A DNA stretch of 58,198 bases, taken from positions 1-58,198 of the forward strand of contig JAHFLO010000003.1 of assembly GCA_023244855.1 (NCBI GenBank). Reading direction: 5' to 3'. Shown here one piece after another: positions 25,138-35,189 of the stretch. The stretch is from Candidatus Harrisonbacteria bacterium. GTDB taxonomy: Bacteria; Patescibacteriota; Minisyncoccia; UBA6257; UBA11618. A program made the translations under genes and the position numbers. Position 1 is the stretch's first letter. Each line of letters begins with the position of its first letter. The notes below the pieces were generated by a model, which ran no database searches, was not told the DNA's origin, and worked only from the letters and a program-made list of their open reading frames with translations.

Positions 25138-26277
25138 ATGCGGATAATCGTTTGCGCGGCATTCTACCCCCCGTACCGTGGCGGCTATGCCGAAAGCGTT
25201 CGCTTACTCGCTGAGGGGCTTCATGCTCGTGGGCATGCGGTTACGGTCATCGCAAGCGATGCGGGGAGTGAGCCCGAATCGCCCGTAGTCCGCGGAGTAA
25301 CGGTGCGCCGCGTGCCGGCGTGGAACCCGTCTTTTTTGCAGGAGAGCTTTCCTATTCCACGCCCCTTCGCTTTTTGGCGGGAGCTTGCGCGCGCACGCAC
25401 GGAAGGCGTCGATATCCTTTCCACGCAGACACGTTTTTTTCCGAGTACGTTTTTCGGATTTCTCTTCGCTAAGTTTTATGGCATCCCCACCTTTCATACC
25501 GAACGGGGCGCGGCACATACGCATTCGGACAGTTTTTTAATACGTATGTGTGCAAAAATCGTCGACCATACGGTTGGCCAGCTCGTATGCCGTTTTTCGG
25601 ACGGCACGATAGGAGTGTCGGATGCCGCATGTGCCTTCATGCGCCGTTTGGGGGCGCATAACCCCGTAACCGTCCATAACGGCATTAATGCGGACTGGTG
25701 GCGCCGGCCGGATACTTTTGTCCGTGCGGACGGTTTTCTCCGTATCGTCTTCATTGGCAGACTGGTGCATGCGAAGGGCGTAGGCGACTTACTTTTAGCC
25801 TTACCGCGCCTTGTCATTAAATTTCCCGCGCTCAGGGTTTCGATAATCGGCGACGGCCCCTATCGCGGCACGCTCGAAAGGCAGGTGCGTGCGCTCGGCC
25901 TTCTTCATGCGATTATTTTTCACGGGGCATTGGACTCCGGCGGAATTCGCGATATCGTATGGCAATCGGATATAGCCGTTAATCCGTCTCACTGCGAGGG
26001 TTTCCCCCGCTCAGTACTTGAAACCGCGGCGGCGGGATTGCCGACCGTGGCGACGGATACGGGAGGAACGCGGGAAATAGTCGAGGATGGTGTAAGCGGC
26101 CTTCTTGTTAAAGAGCGGGATATTCCCGCCCTTACCGCCGCATTAGCACGTTTGCTTAAGGACGCTCCGCTTCGTGCGCGCATGGGTGTGGCAGCTGCTC
26201 TTCGGTCGCGCCGATTCTCCGTTGAATCTATGGTCCAAGCGTATGAAAAAAATTTTGCTTCTCACGCCGTTTTATAA
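25138..26277 (+). CDS. GT4-family glycosyltransferase
   Basis: Start at ATG 25138 (MRIIVCAAFYPPYRGGYAE). C-terminal EX7E region CEGFPRSVLETAAAGLPTVATDTGGTREIV. Confidence 0.8.
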   Translation: MRIIVCAAFYPPYRGGYAESVRLLAEGLHARGHAVTVIASDAGSEPESPVVRGVTVRRVPAWNPSFLQESFPIPRPFAFWRELARARTEGVDILSTQTRFFPSTFFGFLFAKFYGIPTFHTERGAAHTHSDSFLIRMCAKIVDHTVGQLVCRFSDGTIGVSDAACAFMRRLGAHNPVTVHNGINADWWRRPDTFVRADGFLRIVFIGRLVHAKGVGDLLLALPRLVIKFPALRVSIIGDGPYRGTLERQVRALGLLHAIIFHGALDSGGIRDIVWQSDIAVNPSHCEGFPRSVLETAAAGLPTVATDTGGTREIVEDGVSGLLVKERDIPALTAALARLLKDAPLRARMGVAAALRSRRFSVESMVQAYEKNFASHAVL

Positions 26278-27328
26278 ACCGTTCGTCGGGGGCGCGGAGC
26301 GGTTTGCCGAGGAACTCGCAACCCGTGCGCCGTCTTCGGTTTCCGTCGACGTCTATACTACCCGTACGCGGCGGGCGCTCCCTAGGCGCGAGACTCTACG
26401 CGGCGTCACCGTATACCGCCTTGGTTTCGGGTGTCCGTATGACAAATTTCTGTTCCCGTTCTTTGCTGTAGCTAAGGCGTCGCTTTGTACTTACGACCGC
26501 ACACATGCCGTGATGGCGAGTTACGCCGGCGCGGCGGCGCTTTTTATATATTGGCTGAAGCGCGTGCCGTACGTGCTCACATTGCAAAGCGGGACGCTCG
26601 ATACGCCCGCATATGTGCGCGTTATCCGTTTCATATTCCCCTTATACCGCGCGATACACCGAAATGCGGACAGAGTGCATGCGGTGAGCAGCCCCCTGCG
26701 TAAGCGCGCGTTTGCGCTCGGCGTCCCCCCTGAGCATATTGCGGTTATTCCCAACGGGATCGACTCCAGACGGTACGCGGACGCGGGCATCCCGCGGCTT
26801 CCCTTGCGGATCGCCGTCCTTGCCCGTCTCGAAAAGGTGAAGGGCGTACGGTATGCAATTGAGGCAATGGAACATATTGCAGCTCATTTCCCCGCCTCTG
26901 AGCTCGTCATTGCTGGAGACGGTTCCGAGCGCGCCGCACTTGAGGACCTTGTTCGCGCAAAAGGATTAGAAAAAAACGTTATTTTTAAGGGCGCGTTGCG
27001 GCCAGACGAAGTGCCGGCGTTCCTTGCGGCGGCAACGGTTTTCATTTGCCCGTCGCTTGCCGAGGGATTCGGCATCGTTATTCTTGAAGCGATGGCAGCC
27101 GGCTCTGCGGTCGTTGCTACTGACGTAGGCGGCATTCCCGATATCGTGACGGATGGTATTAATGGGCTCTTAGTACCTGCTCACGATTCGCGGGCTATAG
27201 CCGATGCGGTAATCAGAATAATAACGGATGCTCGATTATATGGCGCCATTACGGATGCTGGAAAAATCCGTGCCCGTGCATTCGATTGGCATGATGTTGC
27301 GCCACGCATCTACGCATTATGGAAATAA
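26243..27328 (+). CDS. GT4-family glycosyltransferase
   Basis: Start at ATG 26243 (MKKILLLTPFYKPFVGGAERF). LAEGFGIVILEAMAAGSAVVATDVGGIPDIV. Confidence 0.8.
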   Translation: MKKILLLTPFYKPFVGGAERFAEELATRAPSSVSVDVYTTRTRRALPRRETLRGVTVYRLGFGCPYDKFLFPFFAVAKASLCTYDRTHAVMASYAGAAALFIYWLKRVPYVLTLQSGTLDTPAYVRVIRFIFPLYRAIHRNADRVHAVSSPLRKRAFALGVPPEHIAVIPNGIDSRRYADAGIPRLPLRIAVLARLEKVKGVRYAIEAMEHIAAHFPASELVIAGDGSERAALEDLVRAKGLEKNVIFKGALRPDEVPAFLAAATVFICPSLAEGFGIVILEAMAAGSAVVATDVGGIPDIVTDGINGLLVPAHDSRAIADAVIRIITDARLYGAITDAGKIRARAFDWHDVAPRIYALWK

Positions 27329-28464
27329 CCATACATACCGAGCGCTTGCATGACGACCGCGTATGGGCGTGCGTCGTCGCCTTTGTTGCTTTTCTTGAAA
27401 AGCGCGGAATTGTGGCGACGTGGTTTTCAATCAATCCAACTGCCCTTCCGTACCGGCAGATGGGTTTTAACGAAGCAAGGTGGAAAGAGCGGCTCCGATA
27501 CCTTGCTTCCCATGGCCAGCGGATAGAGCAACATACGCATTTTTACGCATCAGGTAAGGGTTCTTATGACCTTTCGCCCGCGCATGTTACGCGGCGGCTC
27601 GACGAGGACCGGGCATGGCTCGCGAAAGAGGGGTATATTGTTACGCGCTTTGTAAGCGGCGGTTGGCGCATGAACGCGGATATCGGGGGCATCTTACGGA
27701 CTAAGGGGTATGTGGACGTTACGGAAGACTCGCGGACTCTTTCTCCTCGTGCCGCGGTTACCCGGATACTTTCGGGACGGGCGAGGACGCTTCCGCCGCT
27801 TTTGTATTTGCATGATTACGAATTGGCTAACCCGCTTATTGCCTTCCTCGCGCGATACGCCGCGGCATATTGGAACGCCCGTCCGTTTCCGGTCGTTATC
27901 CATCCGCACGACCATAAGCGTGCCCGCGACTGGCAGAAGATCCTGTTTTTCATCAGTTCTTTTTTTAATAGCAAGGGGGTGCACCGCGTTTTGGAGCTTG
28001 GTGCCGGTACGGGAAATGTCGCGGCTTATTTTGCGGGTAGGGGCGTATCTGTGACTGCAGAAGACGTGAACGCGGGTTATTTACAAACGGTCCGCGGGCG
28101 CGATCCGCGTATCATGACCATCGAGCACGATATTAATACTCCCTTGCCGTTTCCGGACGGGCATTTTGACGTTGTTTTTTGCATCGGGGTGCTGCACTAT
28201 GCAAGCGTGATCTCCGCCCCACGGGTTCTTACGGAAATGGCGCGCGTCTCTTCCCGTTATCTCGTTATCGACCTTTTTCCAAAGTATTCCCTTTACGGCA
28301 TCCTCGAGCGGATAGTTTTTCCTCGTTTCCGTCCGCGCCGTTTCAGTGCGGACGGTGCAGAGACCCTGTTCCGCGGGGCGGGCGTTTCCCCTGTCGCGGA
28401 ACTCCCTACGCGTGCACCGCTTAACAAGTCCGTCGTTTACATCCTCCAAAAGGACAATGCCTGA
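27319..28464 (+). CDS. two-domain protein: N-terminal domain of unknown function (weakly deacetylase-like) fused to a class I SAM methyltransferase
   Basis: The C-terminal half has VLELGAGTGNVAAYFAGRGVSVTAEDV (motif I) and DGHFDVVFCIGVLHY. The N-terminal ~200 aa (IVATWFSINP, HTHFY) have no firm match. Confidence 0.6.
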   Translation: MEITIHTERLHDDRVWACVVAFVAFLEKRGIVATWFSINPTALPYRQMGFNEARWKERLRYLASHGQRIEQHTHFYASGKGSYDLSPAHVTRRLDEDRAWLAKEGYIVTRFVSGGWRMNADIGGILRTKGYVDVTEDSRTLSPRAAVTRILSGRARTLPPLLYLHDYELANPLIAFLARYAAAYWNARPFPVVIHPHDHKRARDWQKILFFISSFFNSKGVHRVLELGAGTGNVAAYFAGRGVSVTAEDVNAGYLQTVRGRDPRIMTIEHDINTPLPFPDGHFDVVFCIGVLHYASVISAPRVLTEMARVSSRYLVIDLFPKYSLYGILERIVFPRFRPRRFSADGAETLFRGAGVSPVAELPTRAPLNKSVVYILQKDNA

Positions 28465-29158
28465 TATTTCTCTCATTAACGCTGTTATTAAGGAAAAAGG
28501 CTCGTTTAGCGCCGCTGAAAACGAGCGTATTTGGTATAAGTTCTTTTCGCGCGTCCCCGCTACCTTTAGGCTGCCTCTTGCGAAATACCGCTTAGGCGAA
28601 AAAACGGTTCTCGACGTAGGGTGTGGTTACGGCCCGTACCTCATCCATTTCGGCGCGGGTTCGTGCGGATTCGACATCAGCGAAAGGATGGTCGGATTCG
28701 CCCGTGCGATCGGCCTCAATGCCGTAGAGGGCGATATTGAACGCGACGAGGTTCCCTTTGGGCCGTACGACGCTGTATGGTGTTCGAACCTTTTAGAGCA
28801 CGTCGTTTCGCCGCACGCCGTTCTGCGAAAATTCCATGGGGCGCTCAAAGAAGAGGGGCTTCTGTTTTTAAAGGTTCCGCTTATTCCCCATCCTTTCGTT
28901 GGCTGGCTCTACCGGCTCATCGTTGGCCGGCCCGGCTATCTCGCGGACGAGCATCTTTATGCCTATTCGAGGCGGACAATCGAGTTTATCGTTGCCCGCG
29001 CCGGCTTCCGTATTATCGAGACGGACTGCTTTTGGCCGTCTTCCATGGTTTTGCACCGTATCCTCGCTCCCGTGCTTTCGCGTTTTGGGACCACGGTGAC
29101 GGTGGTCGCCAAGCGTGATTCTTCTTTTACGTATGCCAAAAAACGCCCGGTTTCATAA
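28457..29158 (+). CDS. class I SAM-dependent methyltransferase
   Basis: Start at ATG 28457, overlapping the previous gene by 8 nt. VLDVGCGYGPYLIHF motif I and YDAVWCSNLLEHV. Confidence 0.75.
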   Translation: MPDISLINAVIKEKGSFSAAENERIWYKFFSRVPATFRLPLAKYRLGEKTVLDVGCGYGPYLIHFGAGSCGFDISERMVGFARAIGLNAVEGDIERDEVPFGPYDAVWCSNLLEHVVSPHAVLRKFHGALKEEGLLFLKVPLIPHPFVGWLYRLIVGRPGYLADEHLYAYSRRTIEFIVARAGFRIIETDCFWPSSMVLHRILAPVLSRFGTTVTVVAKRDSSFTYAKKRPVS

Positions 29159-30305
29159 AAGCCTCCTTTTTATTACTGGTATTTTTCCGCCGGATATCGG
29201 GGGGCCGGCAACGTATTGCTTCCGGATGGCGGAAGAGGCGGTGCGGCGGGGATACCGCGTACGCGTTATCGCGTACGGGTCTAGGGGTCGGTCCCGTGCG
29301 CCGTATCCTTTTTCCGTAATCCGTATTTTACGGTATCCGTTTCCTATCCGTTTCGTTATTTTCTTTTTCTCCCTTATTTTTTACGGATTTCGGTACCGTA
29401 CGTGGTATGCCCATGGGGGGCTTTCCGCGACTTTACCCGCCCTTGTCGCTGCACGACTCCTCGGTAAGCGCGTCGGCGTGAAGGTTACGGGCGATTATGC
29501 ATGGGAACAAGCCCGCAATCGTGGATGGGTGACGGACAATATCGATACATTCCAAAATAAAAAGTATTCAGCGCTGATTCGCTTCGTGGCGTATGCGCGC
29601 GCGTACGTCTCGCGGCACGCCGACTTCGTAGTAGTCCCCTCCGCATATCTCGCGCGTATGGTACGCGGTTGGGGCGTCCCGCAGGCGCGCATCCGCACCG
29701 TTTACAACGCCGTCCGCGTTCCCGCGGCAACGGCGAGCGGTGCGCGGGCGCACACCCGCGCCGAATACGGACTTTCGGGTTTTGTGCTTATAACCGTCGC
29801 GCGTCTTGTTCCGTGGAAGGGGGCTTCAGGACTCGTGTCCCTTATGCCGGAACTCCTCGCGCGAAGTCCGGAATACCACCTGATTGTCGTAGGCGAGGGG
29901 CCTGAGCGGGAGAGTCTTTACCGCTTAGCGGAATCACTCCATGTTTCGCATGCCGTGCGGTTTTTCGGCGGTATGCCGCACGCGGAAACGGAGCGGCTTG
30001 TCGCCGCATCGGATCTCTTCGTGCTTAATTCCGATTACGAGGGTTTTTCGCATGTGCTTCTCGAGGCTATGGGGGCGGGTTGCCCGGTTGCCGCACGGGC
30101 TTGCGGCGGCAATAAGGAGCTTATTGTAGATGGGGAAAACGGTTATCTGCTTTCTACAATGCCGGAGGACGGCGAATGGATACGTAGTATTGAGCGTGCT
30201 CGTACGAATCCCGCGGAGCGCGCCCTGCTTGCCGCAAACGCTCGCAAGTCGTTTTCCCGTTTCACGTTCAACCGCATGGCGGAAGAGACATTCGCTTTCT
30301 TATGA
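29133..30305 (+). CDS. GT4-family glycosyltransferase
   Basis: LLFITGIFPPDIGGPATY N-terminus and DYEGFSHVLLEAMGAGCPVAARACGGNKELI. Confidence 0.8.
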   Translation: MPKNARFHKSLLFITGIFPPDIGGPATYCFRMAEEAVRRGYRVRVIAYGSRGRSRAPYPFSVIRILRYPFPIRFVIFFFSLIFYGFRYRTWYAHGGLSATLPALVAARLLGKRVGVKVTGDYAWEQARNRGWVTDNIDTFQNKKYSALIRFVAYARAYVSRHADFVVVPSAYLARMVRGWGVPQARIRTVYNAVRVPAATASGARAHTRAEYGLSGFVLITVARLVPWKGASGLVSLMPELLARSPEYHLIVVGEGPERESLYRLAESLHVSHAVRFFGGMPHAETERLVAASDLFVLNSDYEGFSHVLLEAMGAGCPVAARACGGNKELIVDGENGYLLSTMPEDGEWIRSIERARTNPAERALLAANARKSFSRFTFNRMAEETFAFL

Positions 30306-31621
30306 TAGTAAAAAAGCCGTGGGTCCAACTGTCCGTTATTCTTGCTTTGGCTTTTTTCGTACGCGCCGCGGTATTCCATTTTTTGGGCTTTGAAATTTTA
30401 AAATACAGGGAAATGGGCTTTGACCTACCAGCAGAGCATTGGCTTGCAGGTGAAGGGATGGGCGTTGCCTCATATTGCCCGACGTCCTATCGCGCGCCCG
30501 GATTCATACTGTACTTGATAGGTGTATACGGGCTCTTTGGCCGGTCGGCGCTTTCTTTAGGTCTTGGTCAGATTTTTTGGAGCTTGCTTGTTGTCGTCCT
30601 TGCGTACGTCCTCGGTAGGCGCATATTTTCCCCTGTTGTAGGTACTGTGGCTGCCTGCATATGCGCCGTCTATCCTTACGCGGTTTACCATGACATAACG
30701 GGATTTTATTTTACGGCCATCTTCTCCTGTATCATGCTCGGCCTTATCATTTCCATAATCGAATCGGTTCGCCGCGAAAGCATCGTATGGGCGACGTTTT
30801 CAGGATTGCTTTTGGGCATCGGGCTTCTTTTCAGGGGAACGATCCTCATTGCCGCGCCGTTTCTTGCGTTATGGATCGTGTGGCAAGGGAAAAAGAATCG
30901 GCGTAAAGCGGTTATGCAGGCCGTATGTATGGCTTGCGCGGCTACTCTCGTCCTCGTGCCCTGGTGGGTGCGGAATTATGAAGTGCATGGGCGGTTCGTT
31001 TTTCTTACCACCGACGGTGGCAGGGCGCTATGGAAAAGCATGAATTCCCAGTCGTTGCCCATGCTCCTTATAGACGGTCATATCGACGATACGCCCGATC
31101 CGTACGACATGCCGTCCGTATCCCCCATGGCGTACAAGGATGCCGTGGGATGCGGCTTCATGGCCATGTCTGAGCCCGACCAGGACGCATGGTATTACCA
31201 TAAGGCGTTTGTCTTTGTGGTAAGTAAGCCGTACGATACGACCCGTCTCGCATGGCATAAGTTCCTCGGTTATTGGTCGGTATTCTATTTCCCGCCGCTC
31301 GAGACCGGCGGATGGTCCTTCCGTTACCCCGCTTCGTTTTTCAGCCTCAGTTACGCAGCATATACGCTCACGTACGGCCCCGTGCTCATTTTCGCGGTCA
31401 TTGGCTTGTTTCTGGCCCGCAGGCGTTATGGCCCGGAGATTGTACTCCTTCTCGCGCTTGTGCTCGGCGTAAGTGCTCCACATCTTTTTTTCGCGGGTTA
31501 CACTAAATACCGCGCCCCACTCGACCCCTTCCTTATCGTCATGGCGTCCTATGCGCTCACGTCGCTGTATACCCGTTTTTTTCCGAAGCGCATGCGAAGT
31601 GGCAGAAGTATGCCTTCGTAG
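30302..31621 (+). CDS. polytopic GT-C-like (GT39/GT83 ArnT/PMT-like) membrane glycosyltransferase
   Basis: ~11 TM helices with an acidic first loop. It overlaps the preceding GT4 by 4 nt. The family call is tentative. Confidence 0.5.
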   Translation: MIVKKPWVQLSVILALAFFVRAAVFHFLGFEILKYREMGFDLPAEHWLAGEGMGVASYCPTSYRAPGFILYLIGVYGLFGRSALSLGLGQIFWSLLVVVLAYVLGRRIFSPVVGTVAACICAVYPYAVYHDITGFYFTAIFSCIMLGLIISIIESVRRESIVWATFSGLLLGIGLLFRGTILIAAPFLALWIVWQGKKNRRKAVMQAVCMACAATLVLVPWWVRNYEVHGRFVFLTTDGGRALWKSMNSQSLPMLLIDGHIDDTPDPYDMPSVSPMAYKDAVGCGFMAMSEPDQDAWYYHKAFVFVVSKPYDTTRLAWHKFLGYWSVFYFPPLETGGWSFRYPASFFSLSYAAYTLTYGPVLIFAVIGLFLARRRYGPEIVLLLALVLGVSAPHLFFAGYTKYRAPLDPFLIVMASYALTSLYTRFFPKRMRSGRSMPS

Positions 31622-32280
31622 ACGATCCGCGCGCTGATTTTTGATTCACCCGCCTTCCTGTCTTCGAAAACGATAGGTACTTCTTTCCATGAGGGCTTTC
31701 GGCGCATGAGCGCCCATTTGAGTTCCATAAGGAACGCGAACCCCGAGGCGCCGCACAGCTGCCAGTCCGTTTTTCGTAGTAGGTCTGCGCTTATAGCATT
31801 AAATCCCGACGTGCAGTCGTGAAAGGGCATGCCGGTTACGAAGCGGGCATACTGGTTGCCGAAGCGGGAGAGTAGTCTGCGCCCAAGTCCCCATCCGTGC
31901 GTGCCGCCACCCCGCACGTAGCGCGACCCTATGGCCATATCGCACGAAGCGCGCGCTGCAATAAGATCCGGCAAATAGCGGGGATGATGCGAGAAATCAG
32001 CGTCCATGGTTATAACGGTGTCTATGTCCTTTTCCGCAAGTGCCCGGGCGAAGCCTGCGCGGTACGCGCCGCCCAGGCCGTTTTTTTTAGCCTGTTCTAT
32101 AAGGATGATGCCGGCATCGTTTCGTTGCATGGCCTTCACCGCATCCGCCGTGCCGTCCGGCGAATTACCGTCGACCACACACACCGTCGCCTCGGGGACG
32201 ATTTTCCGTATGAGCGCGACGAGACGGGTTATATTTTCCCGTTCGTTATAGGTAGGGATTATGAGTAGCGTTTTTTTCAT
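31549..32280 (-). CDS. GT2 polyprenyl-phosphate mannose/glucose synthase-like (DPM1/Ppm1-like)
   Basis: Start at ATG 32278-32280 (MKKTLLIIPTYNEREN). VVDGNSPDGT, TMDADFSHHPRYLP and SGFNA motifs. Confidence 0.8.
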   Translation of the reverse strand: MKKTLLIIPTYNERENITRLVALIRKIVPEATVCVVDGNSPDGTADAVKAMQRNDAGIILIEQAKKNGLGGAYRAGFARALAEKDIDTVITMDADFSHHPRYLPDLIAARASCDMAIGSRYVRGGGTHGWGLGRRLLSRFGNQYARFVTGMPFHDCTSGFNAISADLLRKTDWQLCGASGFAFLMELKWALMRRKPSWKEVPIVFEDRKAGESKISARIVYEGILLPLRMRFGKKRVYSDVSA

Positions 32281-32327
32281 TAATGGGAATATGATACCCT
32301 CATGCGGTAGTTTCCGCATTACCTGCT

Positions 32328-33479
32328 ATGAAAGTACTGATGATTTCGCTTGATCGTACCTGTCTGCGCGAAGGGTCCTCCCAGCGGGAAAAACTGCTCC
32401 GTTACGGGGCGCTTTTTGACGAATTACATGTTGTAATTTTTTATTCTGGCACGCGCCTTCCAGACCGTTTGGAGTGTGCGCCGAACGTGTTCGTCTATCC
32501 CACCAATCATTTTTTCCGTTTTAATCCGTTTTATTTTTATCGCGCTTTTCGTATCGCTTCGCGCGTAATACGGAGGCGGCAATTCACGCCTTCCCGCGAT
32601 GTGGTTACGGCGCAGGATTCGTTTCCCACCGGCGTCGTTGCGTACGCGTTGAAAATCGCTTTCGGCATCTCCTTTCAATTGCAGATTCATATAGATTTTT
32701 TCAACCCGTATTTCGTGCGCGAATCCCTATGGCATCGGTTGCAGGCGGCATGCGCGCGCTTTCTCGCGCCGCGGGCTGACGGCGTCCGCGTCGTTTCGAA
32801 CGGAATCGCGCGGTACGTTCGGGAAGAGCTCGCGGTCGATCCGCGCAAAATCTCCATAGTACCCGTTACGCCCGATATGCGGGCTATTGCCGACGCAGAG
32901 CCGCGTTTCGACTTGCGTGCCCGCTATCCGCAGTTTCCGTTCATCGCGCTCATGGCATGCCGCCTTGTAAAGCAGAAGGGTGCGGGAAGGGCGCTTGACG
33001 CAATGCGGATTCTTGCGCGTACGCATCCGGAGGCTGGCCTCATTATCGTCGGTTCAGGACCAGAAGAATGGCGTCTCAAAAGAACGGTTGTGGACATGGG
33101 ATTGAAAAACGTTATTTTCGTACCGTGGGCGGAAGACGTCGTTTCATATTACAAAGGCGCCGATGTTTTTCTTTTACCTTCCTTGTATGAAGGATGGGGA
33201 CTTACGGTCGTGGAAGCTATGGCTGCTGGACTGCCGGTTATAGCGACTCCCGTTGGTTGCGTTCCCGATCTTATCGATTCGGGAAAAAACGGTTTTATCC
33301 TTCCTACGGGGTCTCCTCTAGAAATCGCGGATGCTATAGGCATGCTTTGCGCGGATTCCGGTTTAGCGAAGAAAATAGGGCGTGCTGCGGAGGCTTCGGT
33401 ATTCGCCCGCATGCCCTACACAGCCGGCGCATATGAGCTTGCTTATAAAAATGCTTTATCTTATGCAATTTCCGGTTAA
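32328..33479 (+). CDS. GT4-family glycosyltransferase
   Basis: LYEGWGLTVVEAMAAGLPVIATPVGCVPDLI. Confidence 0.8.
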   Translation: MKVLMISLDRTCLREGSSQREKLLRYGALFDELHVVIFYSGTRLPDRLECAPNVFVYPTNHFFRFNPFYFYRAFRIASRVIRRRQFTPSRDVVTAQDSFPTGVVAYALKIAFGISFQLQIHIDFFNPYFVRESLWHRLQAACARFLAPRADGVRVVSNGIARYVREELAVDPRKISIVPVTPDMRAIADAEPRFDLRARYPQFPFIALMACRLVKQKGAGRALDAMRILARTHPEAGLIIVGSGPEEWRLKRTVVDMGLKNVIFVPWAEDVVSYYKGADVFLLPSLYEGWGLTVVEAMAAGLPVIATPVGCVPDLIDSGKNGFILPTGSPLEIADAIGMLCADSGLAKKIGRAAEASVFARMPYTAGAYELAYKNALSYAISG

Positions 33480-34533
33480 AAAGAAGATTCTTATGTTTAA
33501 TTTAGCCGTTGACGAGAACGATCCCATTCTCGGTTTCGCGGTTCCCTTGATCGTGCGCATGGCGCGGGAAGCGGAGGAGGTGCATATAATTACCGTACGG
33601 ACTGGATCCTTCACCCTGCCTTCAAATGTTTTTGTTCGTTCCGTGCGCGGGAATCGCGGAATGGGAAAAATAGGCGCCGTTATTTCGTTTTACGGCCATT
33701 TGTTCGGGGTTTTGCGCGCGGTCCGTATCGATGTCTGTTTTTCCCATATGAATCCCTTATTCGTCGTTCTCGCCGCGCCCGTTCTCGCCGCGCGACGTAT
33801 CCGTATCGTTTTATGGTATGCGCACCATTATCGGGGACTTACGGCACGTATCGCCCATATCTTCGCATGGCGTATCGTGACGAGCGGCCGGCATTCTTAT
33901 TCTTCCTCCGGTCGGAAGGTTGTCGTTACGGGGCAGATGGTCGATACCGATTTTTTTACGCCGACGGTCACGAGCCATGTGCCGATTCCGGGGGTGTTCG
34001 TTTCGGCGGGAAGAATCGCTCCCATAAAAGACCTACTGACTTTCGTTCGTGCGGCGGGCATTATGCGTGACAAGGGGCTCCGTTTCCGCTGCGTTTGCAT
34101 CGGCCCCGTACTTTCCCATGATGCGGGTTATTACGCGTCATTGCGGGAAGAAATCAAAACCCTTTCCCTTGGGGATATTTTTTCTTTTGCGGGGCCTGTT
34201 GCTTATCGGGAGATGCCGAAACAGTACGGCGTTGCGACGGCGCATGTGAATTTGTGCGCTACGGGCGCTCTCGATAAGGCTGCTCTCGAGGCGATGGCAT
34301 GTGGTACTCCTTCCGTTTTTGCCAATCAGGCATTCGTTCCCCTTGTAGGTCCGGCCGCTTCCGCCCTTTCTTTTCCTTTCGGCGATGCGCGCCGGCTTGC
34401 GGAGGTGCTCGCCGGATTCCTCGTTGCCCCCACTACTCTTTCCGGCGCCGATCTCATGAGGCTTCGCGAAAAGGTTGTACGCGAGCACAGCCTCCGTTCT
34501 TTTGTCGGTCGGTTGGTTACGCTTTTATCATGA
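33463..34533 (+). CDS. GT4-like glycosyltransferase
   Basis: KKKILMFNLAVDENDPILGFA N-terminus, and a C-terminal half with GALDKAALEAMACGTPSVFAN. The start is ambiguous (ATG 33463 or 33493). Confidence 0.65.
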   Translation: MQFPVKKKILMFNLAVDENDPILGFAVPLIVRMAREAEEVHIITVRTGSFTLPSNVFVRSVRGNRGMGKIGAVISFYGHLFGVLRAVRIDVCFSHMNPLFVVLAAPVLAARRIRIVLWYAHHYRGLTARIAHIFAWRIVTSGRHSYSSSGRKVVVTGQMVDTDFFTPTVTSHVPIPGVFVSAGRIAPIKDLLTFVRAAGIMRDKGLRFRCVCIGPVLSHDAGYYASLREEIKTLSLGDIFSFAGPVAYREMPKQYGVATAHVNLCATGALDKAALEAMACGTPSVFANQAFVPLVGPAASALSFPFGDARRLAEVLAGFLVAPTTLSGADLMRLREKVVREHSLRSFVGRLVTLLS

Positions 34534-35189
34534 GAACACTGTACCGGGAATTACTTCGAGGGAAGGGCATATGGCGTAGTTCTTTATACGACGCTCTTGT
34601 TCCGTATGCGGCAGTTATCCGTGAGCCTATTCTCGATATCGCGTCCGGCAAGGATCCGGGCTATTGGCGGATCTTGGGCATTAATGGCAATAAGGGGATA
34701 CGGGTGAGTACGGTCGATGCGGATCAGGGCGCTTGCCCTTCGATCCTGCATGACATGGATACGGGTCCCCTGCCTTGCGCGGATGGAAGTTTCGCTACGG
34801 TATTCATGATAAATTGCATATATTCCTTTTCTGATTATCGTGCGGCTTTGCGCGAAATTCACCGCATTCTTTCCGTTGACGGCGTGGCATTCATAAGCTT
34901 TCCTTTTATTTTTCCCCATACGCCCGAGCCGCGGGATTTTTTCCGTTTTAGTGATGAGGGGGTGCGCATGGCATGCGCCGATGCGGAATTAAGCGTCGTT
35001 TCCTGCCGGCCGCTCGGGGGCAGGTGGTCATCCGCCGCATACCTTATCAGTCCATTCCTCCGTCCTTATTTTATTTTCGCGTTGCCGGTGTGTATTATAG
35101 CCCTCTTTTTTGACCGCCTTTCGCAGCTTGTCTTCCCTGCCTTGCCGCGGGCACCTATGGGTTATTTGGCGGTCGTTAAACGGATATGA
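34530..35189 (+). CDS. SAM-dependent methyltransferase with a hydrophobic C-terminal segment
   Basis: The start ATG 34530 overlaps the previous stop (ATGA). ILDIASG (motif I-like), DGSFATVFMINCIY and LREIHRILSVDGVAFISF. Confidence 0.55.
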   Translation: MRTLYRELLRGKGIWRSSLYDALVPYAAVIREPILDIASGKDPGYWRILGINGNKGIRVSTVDADQGACPSILHDMDTGPLPCADGSFATVFMINCIYSFSDYRAALREIHRILSVDGVAFISFPFIFPHTPEPRDFFRFSDEGVRMACADAELSVVSCRPLGGRWSSAAYLISPFLRPYFIFALPVCIIALFFDRLSQLVFPALPRAPMGYLAVVKRI

